Part shown: one piece after another, positions 19,679-29,366 of the stretch
Layout of the letters: each line of letters opens with the position of its first letter
Numbering within the stretch: position 1 is the first letter of the stretch
Assembly: GCA_965215045.1 (NCBI GenBank)
Contig: OZ244031.1
Location: forward strand, 1,476,807 to 1,540,806
Direction of reading: 5' to 3'
DNA from: Gammaproteobacteria bacterium
GTDB taxonomy: Bacteria > Pseudomonadota > Gammaproteobacteria > JABABF01
Length of the DNA stretch: 64,000 nucleotides
Notes under the pieces: model-generated
Databases searched by the model: none
What the model saw: only the letters and a program-made list of their open reading frames with translations
What the model was told of the DNA's origin: nothing
Translations under genes and position numbers: made by a program

Positions 19679-21027
19679 TCCTTTCCTTCTTTTATTTTTG
19701 CCAGTGCCTCCAGCTTTAAGAAGACGCTGAGGTCCGGGCTGGTGGAAAAACGTTCCGCCTTTTGGCGATATTCTGCCTCCGCTTGTTGTACTTCCGGGCT
19801 CTCCGGATCATCGCTGGATTGAAGCAGTTCAAAATAACGTTCTGTCGCTTTTGCCAGTTCTGTGGCGTGCTGACTCTGCTGGGGAATTTTCACGCCCTGG
19901 ATATATTCGGCAATATCTTCGATGGAATGGTTTGCGTACTCGGCGGGCGCATACTCCTCTAAATTCTTCAATTCCCCATCCTGCAGGGATTGAATAACAA
20001 ACGGTGAATGTGATGTGGCGACAAACTGGATTTCCGGAAATGTCTCCTTGAGATCGGCAACCACCCGCTGCTGCCACTTGGGGTGCAGGTGGGCGTCAAT
20101 TTCATCGATCAACACCAGTCCCGGCGTCTCTTGCAGTACACGCTGCCAGGAAGAAGGATCTTCGGACTGGGACGACGGCATATCTTCCGGCAACATCTGC
20201 GCATTCTGGGTCACCGCCTTGGTGGCGATGTCTGCGACCAGGGCCAGCATCATGGTCCATCCAGCACTGAGATTGGTCAATGGCTGTGCCTGTCCGGCAA
20301 TGGATAGAATGATCTCTTTCCGGTCGCCGTCATACCGCAGCTCATCTGCACCGGGGATGCAACCCAGGATCGCTTCTTTGACGGCATGGTACCCGGGGCG
20401 CCAGTGGCCGCCCCGGTTGGCGAAGGCAATTGCTTCTCTCTGAAACCAGTCCTGCAAATCTCCCAGACGAATGCGCTCGGCAAAACAATCATAGAACGCA
20501 TCCCAGCGTCGCAACGGGTTGTTGCCGTTGCGGGCCTTTATTTTTCTCTCTTGTGAAGGCAACCAGGCGCGGCCGGCACCGTAGTAGGCGAGCACCGGGC
20601 AGAGGACGTTCTCACCTGCTTCACAGCGTTTGAATACAGTTTGGACAATATCGATGGCTTTTTTGGCATCGGTGTTAGTGGTGCGGCTGCCGCCCTCTCG
20701 AATCTTTCTGCACCACTCCACCTCCTGCCCGGCAATCAGGCCCTGCGCCTCGATGGATACCGGTGTGTGTTCGATGAAACGGATGCGGTCGCCGTCCTGT
20801 TTGGCTTCCAGGCGAATTTCATTGTGCAGGATGTTGCGTCCGCTGCCACCCAGGGTTGTGTCTGGCTTTTTGACCAGCCAGACCCCGGCGGCGATAGCCA
20901 GGGCATCCAGTATCGAGGTTTTGCCACTCCCATTGTCACCCACCAGCAGGGTGAACTTGGGGTGCAGTCCCAACTTCAGTTCCTTGAAGCGTTTGAAATT
21001 CCTGATCTTGAGCCGGTCGATTCTCAT
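19675..21027 (-). CDS. ptuA: ABC/AAA_15-type ATPase, Septu PtuA-like
   Basis: MRIDRLKIRNFKRFKEL...LLVGDNGSGKTSILDAL (Walker A), LVLIDEIDAHLHPKWQ (Walker B/D-loop) and VATSHSPFVIQSL. Confidence 0.75.
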   Translation of the reverse strand: MRIDRLKIRNFKRFKELKLGLHPKFTLLVGDNGSGKTSILDALAIAAGVWLVKKPDTTLGGSGRNILHNEIRLEAKQDGDRIRFIEHTPVSIEAQGLIAGQEVEWCRKIREGGSRTTNTDAKKAIDIVQTVFKRCEAGENVLCPVLAYYGAGRAWLPSQERKIKARNGNNPLRRWDAFYDCFAERIRLGDLQDWFQREAIAFANRGGHWRPGYHAVKEAILGCIPGADELRYDGDRKEIILSIAGQAQPLTNLSAGWTMMLALVADIATKAVTQNAQMLPEDMPSSQSEDPSSWQRVLQETPGLVLIDEIDAHLHPKWQQRVVADLKETFPEIQFVATSHSPFVIQSLQDGELKNLEEYAPAEYANHSIEDIAEYIQGVKIPQQSQHATELAKATERYFELLQSSDDPESPEVQQAEAEYRQKAERFSTSPDLSVFLKLEALAKIKEGKE

Positions 21028-21169
21028 TTTTGGCTGCCCAAGGCAAATGATCCGTGTGCCGAGGGGCGGCGACCGGGAATTCTGCCGGGGCGCAGTGCGG
21101 GCGGATTTCCACTATTGCCGATCGCCGGGAGAGGGCCTGGTTTCACGGGACGGTGCGATGATGGATTAC

Positions 21170-21192
21170 AAAAAGCGGCGTTTTCGCGCCGT
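21170..21192 (-). terminator. candidate Rho-independent terminator after the catabolic operon
   Basis: The minus strand reads aCGGCGcgaaaaCGCCGcttttt: a 5-bp GC stem, a 6-nt loop and a T5 run. It lies about 55 nt downstream of the CoA-transferase stop. Confidence 0.45.
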
Positions 21193-21243
21193 AATGCTCT
21201 CAATATAGCATACAGACAGATAGCATACAGCCAGTGCCGTGGT

Positions 21244-22494
21244 TCAGGGGCTGCCGACGACGCCCGAGCGCAGCAGCGCATCGATTTTTTGCTCGTCGCA
21301 GTCCAGCACTTCGCGCAGGATCTGCCGGCTGTGTTCGCCGGCCCGGGGTGCCCGGCCGGGGGAGGGTGCCTGCTCCCCCAGGAAGCGCACCGGGAAAGGC
21401 AGCATGTCCGCACCGTGTTCGGCTGCCGGCAACCAGGGGAGCCGGTGTTGGAAGTGCGGGTCGTCGAGCAGTGTCTGGGGGGTGTTGACGGGGGCGATGG
21501 CGGTGTTGTGCTCGCTGCCGAAGGCCGTCCAGTCCCGGGTGCTGCGCTGCTTGAAAATCTCGCGCAACTCTGACTGGAGTTCGCGGTTGCCCCGCGCGTG
21601 GTCGCCGTATTTTTTACCGGGCCACTTCCGGTACAGGTCCATGCGTTCGATGCCGGAGCAGAAGTTGTGCCAGAACTCCTGCTCCGAGGCCATGAACAGG
21701 ATGTACCCATCGCTGCTCTGGTAGTACTGGTAACGCACGCCTTCTTTCATGCCCGCCGTGCCGGGGGCGCGGCGTTGATAATCATCGGCCTCGTTGCCGC
21801 TGACTTCGGATTCCGGGCGTTCATAGGCCTTCCAGGTCTCACTGCGCAGGCGGTCCATGTAGGCGGCGGCGTCGGACTGGGCGATGTCCAGGCTCGCACC
21901 TTCCCCGGTCTGGCGGGCCCGGAACAGGGCGGCACAAATCGCCATGCCGGCGTAGAGCGGTCCCGCGTGCATGCCCACCGAGGGATGTTCGGGGATGTAA
22001 CTGAAGCCTTCTTCGTCACGCCCGGGCCGCACCAGTCCGGCCCAGCTGTCAAAGGCGATGCCGTGGGCCGGCAGTGTCCGGTAGGGGCCGCTCATGCCGT
22101 AGCCGGAGAGGCAGCAATAGACCAGGGAGGGCTTGATCGACCGCAATTCCTCGTATCCCAACCCGCGGCGTTCCAGGGCGCCCGGGCGCATCGCCTCAAT
22201 CAGCACATCGGCCCGGGCCACCAGTTCCCTGAACAGTTGCACGCCCGCGGGGCGGCGCAGGTCTAATTCCAGGCTCTGCTTGCCGCGCGAGACTTCGTGG
22301 TGCATCAGCGAGTCGCCTTCGACGATCGGCCAGGTGGAGCGGCGCACATAATCCCCGCCCGGTGCCTCGAGCTTGATGACCCGGGCGCCCAGTTCGGCCA
22401 GGTGCGCGGCGGCCGCTCCCGCGGCCAGCAGTGAGCAGTCGATGACCAGTACGCCGGCCAGCGGGTTTGCGGGCCGCTCGCTCACGGTTGCCAT
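21244..22494 (-). CDS. family III CoA-transferase (CaiB/BaiF type)
   Basis: PLAGVLVIDCSLLAAGAAAAHLAELGARVIKLE..GD is the typical N-terminus. Confidence 0.8.
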   Translation of the reverse strand: MATVSERPANPLAGVLVIDCSLLAAGAAAAHLAELGARVIKLEAPGGDYVRRSTWPIVEGDSLMHHEVSRGKQSLELDLRRPAGVQLFRELVARADVLIEAMRPGALERRGLGYEELRSIKPSLVYCCLSGYGMSGPYRTLPAHGIAFDSWAGLVRPGRDEEGFSYIPEHPSVGMHAGPLYAGMAICAALFRARQTGEGASLDIAQSDAAAYMDRLRSETWKAYERPESEVSGNEADDYQRRAPGTAGMKEGVRYQYYQSSDGYILFMASEQEFWHNFCSGIERMDLYRKWPGKKYGDHARGNRELQSELREIFKQRSTRDWTAFGSEHNTAIAPVNTPQTLLDDPHFQHRLPWLPAAEHGADMLPFPVRFLGEQAPSPGRAPRAGEHSRQILREVLDCDEQKIDALLRSGVVGSP

Positions 22495-22952
22495 TGGCCG
22501 GCACTGCGGTGCCAGGGGTTGTCATCGCTGTCCACGGGCAGGGCGTAGCGCGCCTCGCACTCGGTGGCGAGCTGCCCTGCGATCTTCATGCACAGGCGCA
22601 GGCGCAACCAGCCGCAGTGCTCGGCATCCAGGGATTTCTCCAGCACCTCGCCCTCGATCTGAAGCGTCTCGCCCGCGTACGCCGGCGACTTCATGGAGAG
22701 TTGTATGCGTCCCAGGCGTCCCCGGGGACCGGACCAGTCGTTGAGACAGCGTTCAAAAAAGGCGGCCTGGTGGGTGGCGTTCAGGAAGATCTGCCGGTGC
22801 CCGGCCCGCTGGGCATAGTGCGGGTCGTGGTGCAGGGGAGAGAAATCGCGGCTCGCCAGGGCGCCGGCGATCACGATGGCGGGACGCAGTTCACAAGTCA
22901 GAACGGGCAGCGTGTCTCCCGCCTCCACGTCGGTGAAAAAGCGCTGTTTCAC
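22482..22952 (-). CDS. MaoC-like (R)-hydratase hot-dog protein (catalytic-type half)
   Basis: RDFSPLHHDPHYAQRAG....IFLNATHQAAFFERCL. The GTG start gives a GTGA overlap with the upstream hot-dog gene. An alternative ATG lies at 22982. Confidence 0.65.
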   Translation of the reverse strand: MKQRFFTDVEAGDTLPVLTCELRPAIVIAGALASRDFSPLHHDPHYAQRAGHRQIFLNATHQAAFFERCLNDWSGPRGRLGRIQLSMKSPAYAGETLQIEGEVLEKSLDAEHCGWLRLRLCMKIAGQLATECEARYALPVDSDDNPWHRSAGQWQP

Positions 22953-23473
22953 GACCCTGGCAGCGCGCGGTATGCGAAGCATTCGAAGCGTTCGCTGCCT
23001 AAGAATTCTCCGTCCTCGCGGCGGTATTCCACTTCCACGGTCCAGAACCTGCCGCATCCCAGCCGGGTCGTTTTTTCTGCGCTGAGCGAGCGCAGGATCT
23101 GCACGCTGCGCACCCGCTCGCCGATGCGCGCCGGGGCGTGGAACACGGCGGCAAAACCGCTGACGAGTGCGGTGGGAAAGTCGAACAACTGCTTGAGGTC
23201 GAAGTGCAGTTGCAGGGGTCGGACCTGCTGCCGGGTCCCGGGCGACCAGGGTCCGGGGCGTCCCCAGGCAGAGAGCATGGAGGGCGGGGCGATCTCGGTA
23301 CCGACCAGTTCCCGGGCCGCCGCCGGGTCCCAGTAGAGCGGGTTGGCGTTTTCCACCGCCGCGCACAGGTTGCGGACTTCCGTCCGGCTGACTTCGGCAT
23401 CGAGCAATTGTTCGTAACGCGGCTGGTCGACCCATGCCTGTGCGCGTTGCAGCAGCGGGTCGTCGGCGGGCAT
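22949..23473 (-). CDS. MaoC N-terminal-like / acyl-dehydratase hot-dog protein
   Basis: EVRNLCAAVENANPLYWDP...PPSML is typical of the non-catalytic hot-dog partner. The ATG at 23473 lies 1 nt after the IOR stop. Confidence 0.6.
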   Translation of the reverse strand: MPADDPLLQRAQAWVDQPRYEQLLDAEVSRTEVRNLCAAVENANPLYWDPAAARELVGTEIAPPSMLSAWGRPGPWSPGTRQQVRPLQLHFDLKQLFDFPTALVSGFAAVFHAPARIGERVRSVQILRSLSAEKTTRLGCGRFWTVEVEYRREDGEFLGSERFECFAYRALPGS

Positions 23474-23474
23474 T

Positions 23475-26400
23475 TCAGGCTTCCGCCGCGCGCGCGCCGG
23501 CACTGAACTGCACCAGCAGGGCGGCCTGCTGTTCGGCGGCCTGCCGCAGGCTCTGCTCCTTGACGACATCGTAACCGCGCACCTGCTCGGGCAGGGAGGC
23601 CAGTTGCACGGCGGTTGCATGGTTATCGGGTCGCAGTCCTTCCAGCAGGGTTTGCACCAGGGCTTCGTAGTCCTGCACCAGGCGTCGTTCCAGCTTGCGA
23701 TGCCGCGAGTAGCCGAAAGGATTCAGTGCCGTACCGCGCAGGAATTTCAAGCGCGCCAGCAGGCGAAAGACGGTGAAGATCCACGGGCCGAACTCGGTCT
23801 TGCGGTAGCGTCCGGTGTGCGGATCCCGCTTGGAAAACAGGGGCGGTGCCAGGTGAATGCCCAGGGTGAAGGCACCATCGAACTGCTGGTGCAGTGCGTC
23901 CCGGAACTCGGGACGGCTGTAGAGGCGCGCGACTTCGTACTCGTCCTTGTACGCCAGCAGCTTGGCGTAGCAGCGGGCCACCGCCCGGGTCAATGCGCCG
24001 GCGGTGCCGTTGACGGCGGCCTCCCGCCCGGCCACCCGGTCGACCAGGGTGCGGTAGCGTTGTGCGTACGCGGCGTTTTGGTAATCGCGCAACCAGGCGC
24101 TGCGGTGTTCGACCAGTCTTTCCAGGGACGGGGGTGCCTCCGGTGCCGGGCGCCGGTCTGCCAGCAGTTGTTCCAGGCGTTGCGGGTCGGTGACCGACAG
24201 GCGTCCCAGGCCGAAGGCGCGCAGGTTCATCTGCACCGCCGCGCCGTTCAGTTCGATGGCCTGTTGCAGGGCTTGGCGGGAGAGCGGGAGCCAGCCGCGC
24301 TGCCAGGCCGCACCCAGCAGGAACAGGTTGGCACCGATGGCATCGCCCAGCAGCAGGGAGGCGATGCCGGCGGCATCTGCGGCCAGGCATTGTCCCGCCC
24401 GGGTGCGGGCCTGCAGGGCTTGTTCCATGTCCCCGGTCTCGAAGCTGAGGTCGGCATTGCGGGCGAAGGCGCTGGTGGGCGCCACGCGGCTGTTGTAGAG
24501 GATGGCGGTGCGCTCTGCCGCCATGGCGGGCAGCACCTGGGCACCTGCGGCGACCACGAGGTCGGCCGCCAGCACCAGGTCGGCACCGCCTTCCGGGATG
24601 CGGGTAGCCCCGCGCAGTTCCGCCCCGGTGGTGAAGCGCACGTGGCTCGTGACGGCACCGTTGCGCTGGGCCAGGCCGGTGATGTCGAGCACGCTGCAGG
24701 GTTTTTCTTCGATATGCGCGGCGGCTCCCAGCAGGGCGCCCAGGGTGATGATGCCGCTGCCGCCGATGCCGGCCACGAGGATATTGCACTCGCCGGCGTC
24801 CGTCTCCCGGACGGGTTCGGGCAGCCCCTCCAGCAGGGCATCATCGAAACCGGCGTCCCGTGTGGCGGTGCTGCGCAACTTGCCGCCATACACGGTGACG
24901 AAGCTGGGACACAGGCCCTTGACGCAGGAAAAATCCTTGTTGCACACCGACTGGTTGATCTTGCGCTTGCGCCCGAAGGTGGTCTCGCTGGGTTCCAGTG
25001 CGATGCAGTTGGATTGGACGCCGCAATCGCCGCAGCCCTCGCAGACTTCCTCGTGGATGAACAGGCGCCGGTCCACGTCGGGGTACTTGCCGCGCTTGCG
25101 CAAGCGGCGCCGTTCGGTGGCACAGGCCTGCTCGTAAATGATGACGGAGACGCCCTTGTGCTGGCGGATTTCTCTTTGCACCGCATCCAGTGCATCGCGG
25201 TGATGAAAACTCGTACCGGGTGGGAACTGGGCCCGGTCTGCGTGCCGTTGCGGCTCATCGCTGACCAGGGCGATGCGTTGCACGCCTTCTGCGCGCACCT
25301 GCCGGGCCACGTGCGGGGCGGTGATCGCCCCGTCAAAACTCTCGCCCTCGATCAGTTGTCCGCCGGTCATGGCGATGGCACCGTTGACCAGGATCTTGTA
25401 GGTGATGTTGGTCTTCGCCGCCACGTTGGCGCGAATGGCCAGCAGGCCGGAGTGAAAGTAGGTGCCGTCGCCCAGGTTCTGGAAGATGTGCTCCCGTTCG
25501 ACGAAGGGCGCCTGCCCGATCCAGGAGGCCCCCTCGCCGCCCATGTGGGTCAGCCCCAGGGTGCGGCGTTCGGGCAGCCAGACGGCGAGGCCGTGGCAGC
25601 CGATGCCGCCCATCGCCACCGAGCCCTCGGGCACATGCGTCGAGGTGTTGTGCGGGCAGCCGGCGCAGAAACTGGGCTGGCGCACCAGCTCGGTCGGGGC
25701 GGCCGCCAGGCTGCGCTGGGCCTGCAATTTTTGCTGCAGTGACTGCATCGCCCGCCGCAATGTTTCATCTTCGCCCTGTTCCAGCACCTGGGCGGCAATC
25801 TGCAGGGCCAGGTCGCCCGGGGAGAGTTCGCCTGCCGAGGACAGCAGCGGTGCCCCCTGGGCGTCTTGTTTGCCGATGATCACCGGACGTTGTTCCTGCG
25901 GCAGCTTGTAGAGCAGGGTGCCCAGCTGTTCTTCGATCACCGGCCGTTTTTCCTCGACCACGAACAGGGTGCGGCAGCCGGCGGCAAATTCCTTGAGGCC
26001 CCGGGGTTCCACGGGCCAACTCATGGCCAGCTGGTAGACGGCGATGCCCAGGCGCTCTATATCGTTCTCATCGAGGCCCAGTTGCCGGAGGGCGTCCATG
26101 ACATCCAGGCAGGCTTTGCCCGAACTGATGATACCGAGCCTCTTGTGGGCACCGCCACAGATCACCCGGTCCAGGCGATTTGCGCGCACGAAGGCCCGGG
26201 CGGCCTCCAGGCGGGCCAGCATCAGTTGTTCGGCCTGCAGCGGATGCACGCCCATGCGCAGGTTCAGTCCCCCCGGGGGCGGCGTGTAGTCCTGCGGCTC
26301 TGCGGGCTGCACGCGCTCCGGGTCGACGGCCACCGAGGCCGAGGCTTCCACCGTGTCGGTCACGCATTTGAAGCCCACCCAGCAGCCGCTGTAGCGGGAC

Positions 26401-26960
26401 AGGGCGAAGCCGTAGAGGCCGAGGTCCAGGTATTCCTGGGTCGTGGCCGGGTTGAGAATGGGCATGCCGAAATGGACCAGGGCGTGGTCACTCTGATGGG
26501 CCGTGGTCGAGGAACGGGCGGCGTGGTCGTCGCCGCACAACACCAGCACACCGCCGTGGCGCGCCGCCCCGGCCAGGTTGCCATGCTTGAGCGGGTCGCC
26601 GGAGCGGTCCACCCCGGGCCCCTTGCCGTACCACATTGCGAACACCCCGTCGTACGGCGTCTCGCCCAGTTCCCGGACCTGCTGGCTGCCCCAGACCGAG
26701 GTGGCGGCCAGGTCTTCGTTCACGCCCGGCTCGAAATGCACCTGGTTTTGTGCCAGGAACTTTTGTGCCTGCCACAGGGCCAGGTCGTATACGCCCAGCG
26801 GGGAGCCGCGGTAGCCGGAGATAAAACCCGCGGTGTTGAGGCCCCGGGCCTTGTCCCGCTGGTGTTGCATCATGGGCAGGCGCACCAGCACCTGGGAGCC
26901 GGTGGCGTACACGCGCCCGGACTGTGCCGTGTACTTGTCATCCAGGTGCAGGCTCTTCAT
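23475..26960 (-). CDS. indolepyruvate/2-oxoacid:ferredoxin oxidoreductase family protein (fused alpha-beta, 1161 aa)
   Basis: LDDKYT...G.QVLVRLPMMQ...GFISGYRGSPLG, a TPP-binding region, a ferredoxin-like CxxCxxC (CEGCGDCGVQSNC), and a C-terminal beta-like domain. Confidence 0.8.
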   Translation of the reverse strand: MKSLHLDDKYTAQSGRVYATGSQVLVRLPMMQHQRDKARGLNTAGFISGYRGSPLGVYDLALWQAQKFLAQNQVHFEPGVNEDLAATSVWGSQQVRELGETPYDGVFAMWYGKGPGVDRSGDPLKHGNLAGAARHGGVLVLCGDDHAARSSTTAHQSDHALVHFGMPILNPATTQEYLDLGLYGFALSRYSGCWVGFKCVTDTVEASASVAVDPERVQPAEPQDYTPPPGGLNLRMGVHPLQAEQLMLARLEAARAFVRANRLDRVICGGAHKRLGIISSGKACLDVMDALRQLGLDENDIERLGIAVYQLAMSWPVEPRGLKEFAAGCRTLFVVEEKRPVIEEQLGTLLYKLPQEQRPVIIGKQDAQGAPLLSSAGELSPGDLALQIAAQVLEQGEDETLRRAMQSLQQKLQAQRSLAAAPTELVRQPSFCAGCPHNTSTHVPEGSVAMGGIGCHGLAVWLPERRTLGLTHMGGEGASWIGQAPFVEREHIFQNLGDGTYFHSGLLAIRANVAAKTNITYKILVNGAIAMTGGQLIEGESFDGAITAPHVARQVRAEGVQRIALVSDEPQRHADRAQFPPGTSFHHRDALDAVQREIRQHKGVSVIIYEQACATERRRLRKRGKYPDVDRRLFIHEEVCEGCGDCGVQSNCIALEPSETTFGRKRKINQSVCNKDFSCVKGLCPSFVTVYGGKLRSTATRDAGFDDALLEGLPEPVRETDAGECNILVAGIGGSGIITLGALLGAAAHIEEKPCSVLDITGLAQRNGAVTSHVRFTTGAELRGATRIPEGGADLVLAADLVVAAGAQVLPAMAAERTAILYNSRVAPTSAFARNADLSFETGDMEQALQARTRAGQCLAADAAGIASLLLGDAIGANLFLLGAAWQRGWLPLSRQALQQAIELNGAAVQMNLRAFGLGRLSVTDPQRLEQLLADRRPAPEAPPSLERLVEHRSAWLRDYQNAAYAQRYRTLVDRVAGREAAVNGTAGALTRAVARCYAKLLAYKDEYEVARLYSRPEFRDALHQQFDGAFTLGIHLAPPLFSKRDPHTGRYRKTEFGPWIFTVFRLLARLKFLRGTALNPFGYSRHRKLERRLVQDYEALVQTLLEGLRPDNHATAVQLASLPEQVRGYDVVKEQSLRQAAEQQAALLVQFSAGARAAEA

Positions 26961-27673
26961 GACTGCAATTCCTCGGCCAGGCGTTTTTCTGCGGCCAGTG
27001 CCCGCTCCAGTGCGCCATCGGCAGCCAGTGCGCGCTTGATGCCGCCGATCATTCCCGGCTTGCAGGCCGCAGCAGAGGCGGCCAGCTCCCGTGCTGCGGG
27101 CAGCACCTGCTCCGCCGGGACGGCGCGGTTGACGAGGCCGCAGCGGGCCGCATCACGCCCGGCGATGCGTCTTTGACACAGCAGCAGTTCCCGGGCCCGC
27201 CCCTCGCCGACCAGCCGCGGCAGCAGGCAGCTGGCACCCAGCCCGGGCAGGATTCCCAGCTCGGCAAAATTGAGCAGCAGCGGGGCGTCTTCTGCGGCGA
27301 TGCGCAGGTCCATGGCCAGCGTCGCCGTGACGCCGATGCCGGCGGCGGCACCATTGATCGCGGCGATGGTCAGTAGCGGCAGGACGGCCAGTTCCGCGGT
27401 GAAACCGGCGATGAACTCTTCTTCTCCCAGGCGTTTGCCGTTGCGGGCTTTTTTGCCGGCCAGGAAGTCCCGGTCGGCACCGGCGCAGAAGGCCGACCCC
27501 GCCCCGGTGACGATGAGTGCATGCACATCCGCGCCCCGGGCCGCAGCGCGCATTGCATGCACCAGTTCCTCGCCCATGTCCGGGGTGTAGGCATTGCGCT
27601 TTTGCGGGCGGTTGAGGATGATCAGTGAGACACCGTCCTCCACCCGCGTTTCGATCTCCCGGTAAGACATCAT
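26957..27673 (-). CDS. enoyl-CoA hydratase/isomerase family protein
   Basis: LNRPQKRNAY...IVTGAGSAFCAGAD is the crotonase fold. It has a 4-nt overlap with its neighbours. Confidence 0.8.
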   Translation of the reverse strand: MMSYREIETRVEDGVSLIILNRPQKRNAYTPDMGEELVHAMRAAARGADVHALIVTGAGSAFCAGADRDFLAGKKARNGKRLGEEEFIAGFTAELAVLPLLTIAAINGAAAGIGVTATLAMDLRIAAEDAPLLLNFAELGILPGLGASCLLPRLVGEGRARELLLCQRRIAGRDAARCGLVNRAVPAEQVLPAARELAASAAACKPGMIGGIKRALAADGALERALAAEKRLAEELQS

Positions 27674-28464
27674 TCGCGCTCGCTGTAGGGCTTCCAGTGC
27701 GGGGCCCTTTTTTCCAGGAAGGCGGCAGCACCCTCGCGGGCGTCCGGATGCGCATCGTGTTCCATGATCAGTTCCCAGGCCTGTTGCAGGGCCTCCCGGA
27801 GACCCAGGTCAGCACCCCGCCATATCGCCTGCTTGGTGCGGGCCAGGGCGGCGGGGGAGTGTTCCTTGATGCGCTCCGCCAGTTGCCGGGCGCGCGCCGG
27901 CAGTTCTGCGTCCGGCACCACCTCGCCCACCAGCCCCAGTTCCAGGGCACGCTGTGCCGAGAGCCGTTCTTCGCCGCCGCTCAACATCATGCGCAGCACC
28001 GCCTCCATCGGCATGCGGCGGGCCAGGCTGACCGGCTCCAGTCCGGCCACCAGTCCCACCCGGACATGGGTGTCAAAAAAGCTGGCACTGCGGGCGGCGA
28101 TCACCAGGTCGCTGTCGGCGACAAAATGCAGGCCGCCGCCCACGGTCGCGCCATTGACGGCGCAGATCACCGGCTTCCACACCTGGTTTTGCAGGGCGGT
28201 CCAGCGAATGGACGCCAGCGAGCCGCTGCGGCCCTCGCCGTCGGTTTCCGGCAGGTCGGCGAGGTCGGCACCGGCGCAGAAGGCCTTGTCCCCGGCACCC
28301 GTGAGAATGGCGACTCGCGCCCGGTCGTCCTGTTCAAACTCCTGCCATGCGGCGGGCAGTTCCCGGCTCATGAGCGAGTTGACGGCATTGCGGGTCTGCG
28401 GCCGGTTGAGCGTGAGCAGTGCCACGCCCTCTTCGACCGTGTAGAGCAGGGTCTGCCAACTCAC
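27670..28464 (-). CDS. enoyl-CoA hydratase/isomerase family protein
   Basis: LTLNRPQTRNAVN...ILTGAGDKAFCAGADL. The GTG start gives a GTGA overlap with the SDR stop. Confidence 0.75.
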   Translation of the reverse strand: MSWQTLLYTVEEGVALLTLNRPQTRNAVNSLMSRELPAAWQEFEQDDRARVAILTGAGDKAFCAGADLADLPETDGEGRSGSLASIRWTALQNQVWKPVICAVNGATVGGGLHFVADSDLVIAARSASFFDTHVRVGLVAGLEPVSLARRMPMEAVLRMMLSGGEERLSAQRALELGLVGEVVPDAELPARARQLAERIKEHSPAALARTKQAIWRGADLGLREALQQAWELIMEHDAHPDAREGAAAFLEKRAPHWKPYSERE

Positions 28465-29366
28465 GAGCTCTCTCCCTCCCCGGACGGCGGGTGGACGCCC
28501 TCGTGAAAGGGGTAGGGCGCACCCAGCAGGCCCAGGGGGCCGAATTCGCCGGGCATCTCGCGCTGGAAACATTCGCGGATCGCCGCCACGGTCCAGCCGC
28601 CCTCGCACTCCAGGGTTTTGCCATAGTGCGGCCGCACCATGTAGGCCAGGCGTTCGCCGCCGATCCCGAATGCCTGGCCGCTGACATTGGCGGCCTCGTC
28701 GGAGACCAGGTAGACGAGCAGCGGTGCATTGCGTTCCGGCGGCCACAAGGCGGCGGCGGATGGCTCCTGCGCCCCGCCCATGACACCGGCAGTCAGCCGC
28801 GTCAGCGCCACCGGGCAGACGACGTTGACGCGGATGCCGTAGCGCGCCAGTTCGATGGCCCAGGTGTAGCTCATCGAGGCGATGGCACCCTTGGCCGCGG
28901 CGTAATTGGTCTGCCCGAAGTTGCCGAAATGTGAGGCCGAACTGGTGTTGATGATCACGCCGCCCCGCCCGGCTTCCTTCATGGCACGCGCCGCCGCCTG
29001 CGCGCACCAGAAAGTGCCCTTGACGTGCACTCGCCACACGGCGTCGAAGTCTTCGCCGCTCATCTTGAGAAAGGAGCGGTCGCGCAGGTTGCCGGCATTG
29101 TTGACCAGTGCATCGATGGCACCGAATTCGCGCCGGCAGGCATCGACCAGCGAGCTGGCACCCGCGCGGCTGGCAATGTCGCGCGGATGGGCGACGGCCC
29201 TGCCGCCGGCGGTGTGGACCTCCGTGCACACGGCCTCTGCAGCGTCGCCGTCCACATCGTTGACCAAGACGCGCGCGCCCTCTGCGGCCAACAGCAGCGC
29301 GTATCCCCGCCCGATGCCGCCGCCGGCACCGGTGACGGCGACCGCCTTGCCATCCAGCAGCCCCAT
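28461..29366 (-). CDS. SDR-family oxidoreductase
   Basis: KAVAVTGAGGGIGRGYA, NNAG and YAAAKGA motifs. The ATG at 29366 overlaps the upstream stop. Confidence 0.8.
   Translation of the reverse strand: MGLLDGKAVAVTGAGGGIGRGYALLLAAEGARVLVNDVDGDAAEAVCTEVHTAGGRAVAHPRDIASRAGASSLVDACRREFGAIDALVNNAGNLRDRSFLKMSGEDFDAVWRVHVKGTFWCAQAAARAMKEAGRGGVIINTSSASHFGNFGQTNYAAAKGAIASMSYTWAIELARYGIRVNVVCPVALTRLTAGVMGGAQEPSAAALWPPERNAPLLVYLVSDEAANVSGQAFGIGGERLAYMVRPHYGKTLECEGGWTVAAIRECFQREMPGEFGPLGLLGAPYPFHEGVHPPSGEGESS

Noticed and set aside
19004-21243. A retron (reverse transcriptase plus msr/msd) associated with the PtuAB-like pair
   Set aside because: The island contains no RT-like ORF (YxDD motif) and no obvious long inverted-repeat ncRNA in its flanks. 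It holds only the two genes.
23604-25742. 712-aa plus-strand ORF antisense to the IOR gene
   Set aside because: A shadow ORF with a Gly/Ala/Arg-rich translation. The minus-strand IOR protein carries clear TPP and Fe-S motifs.
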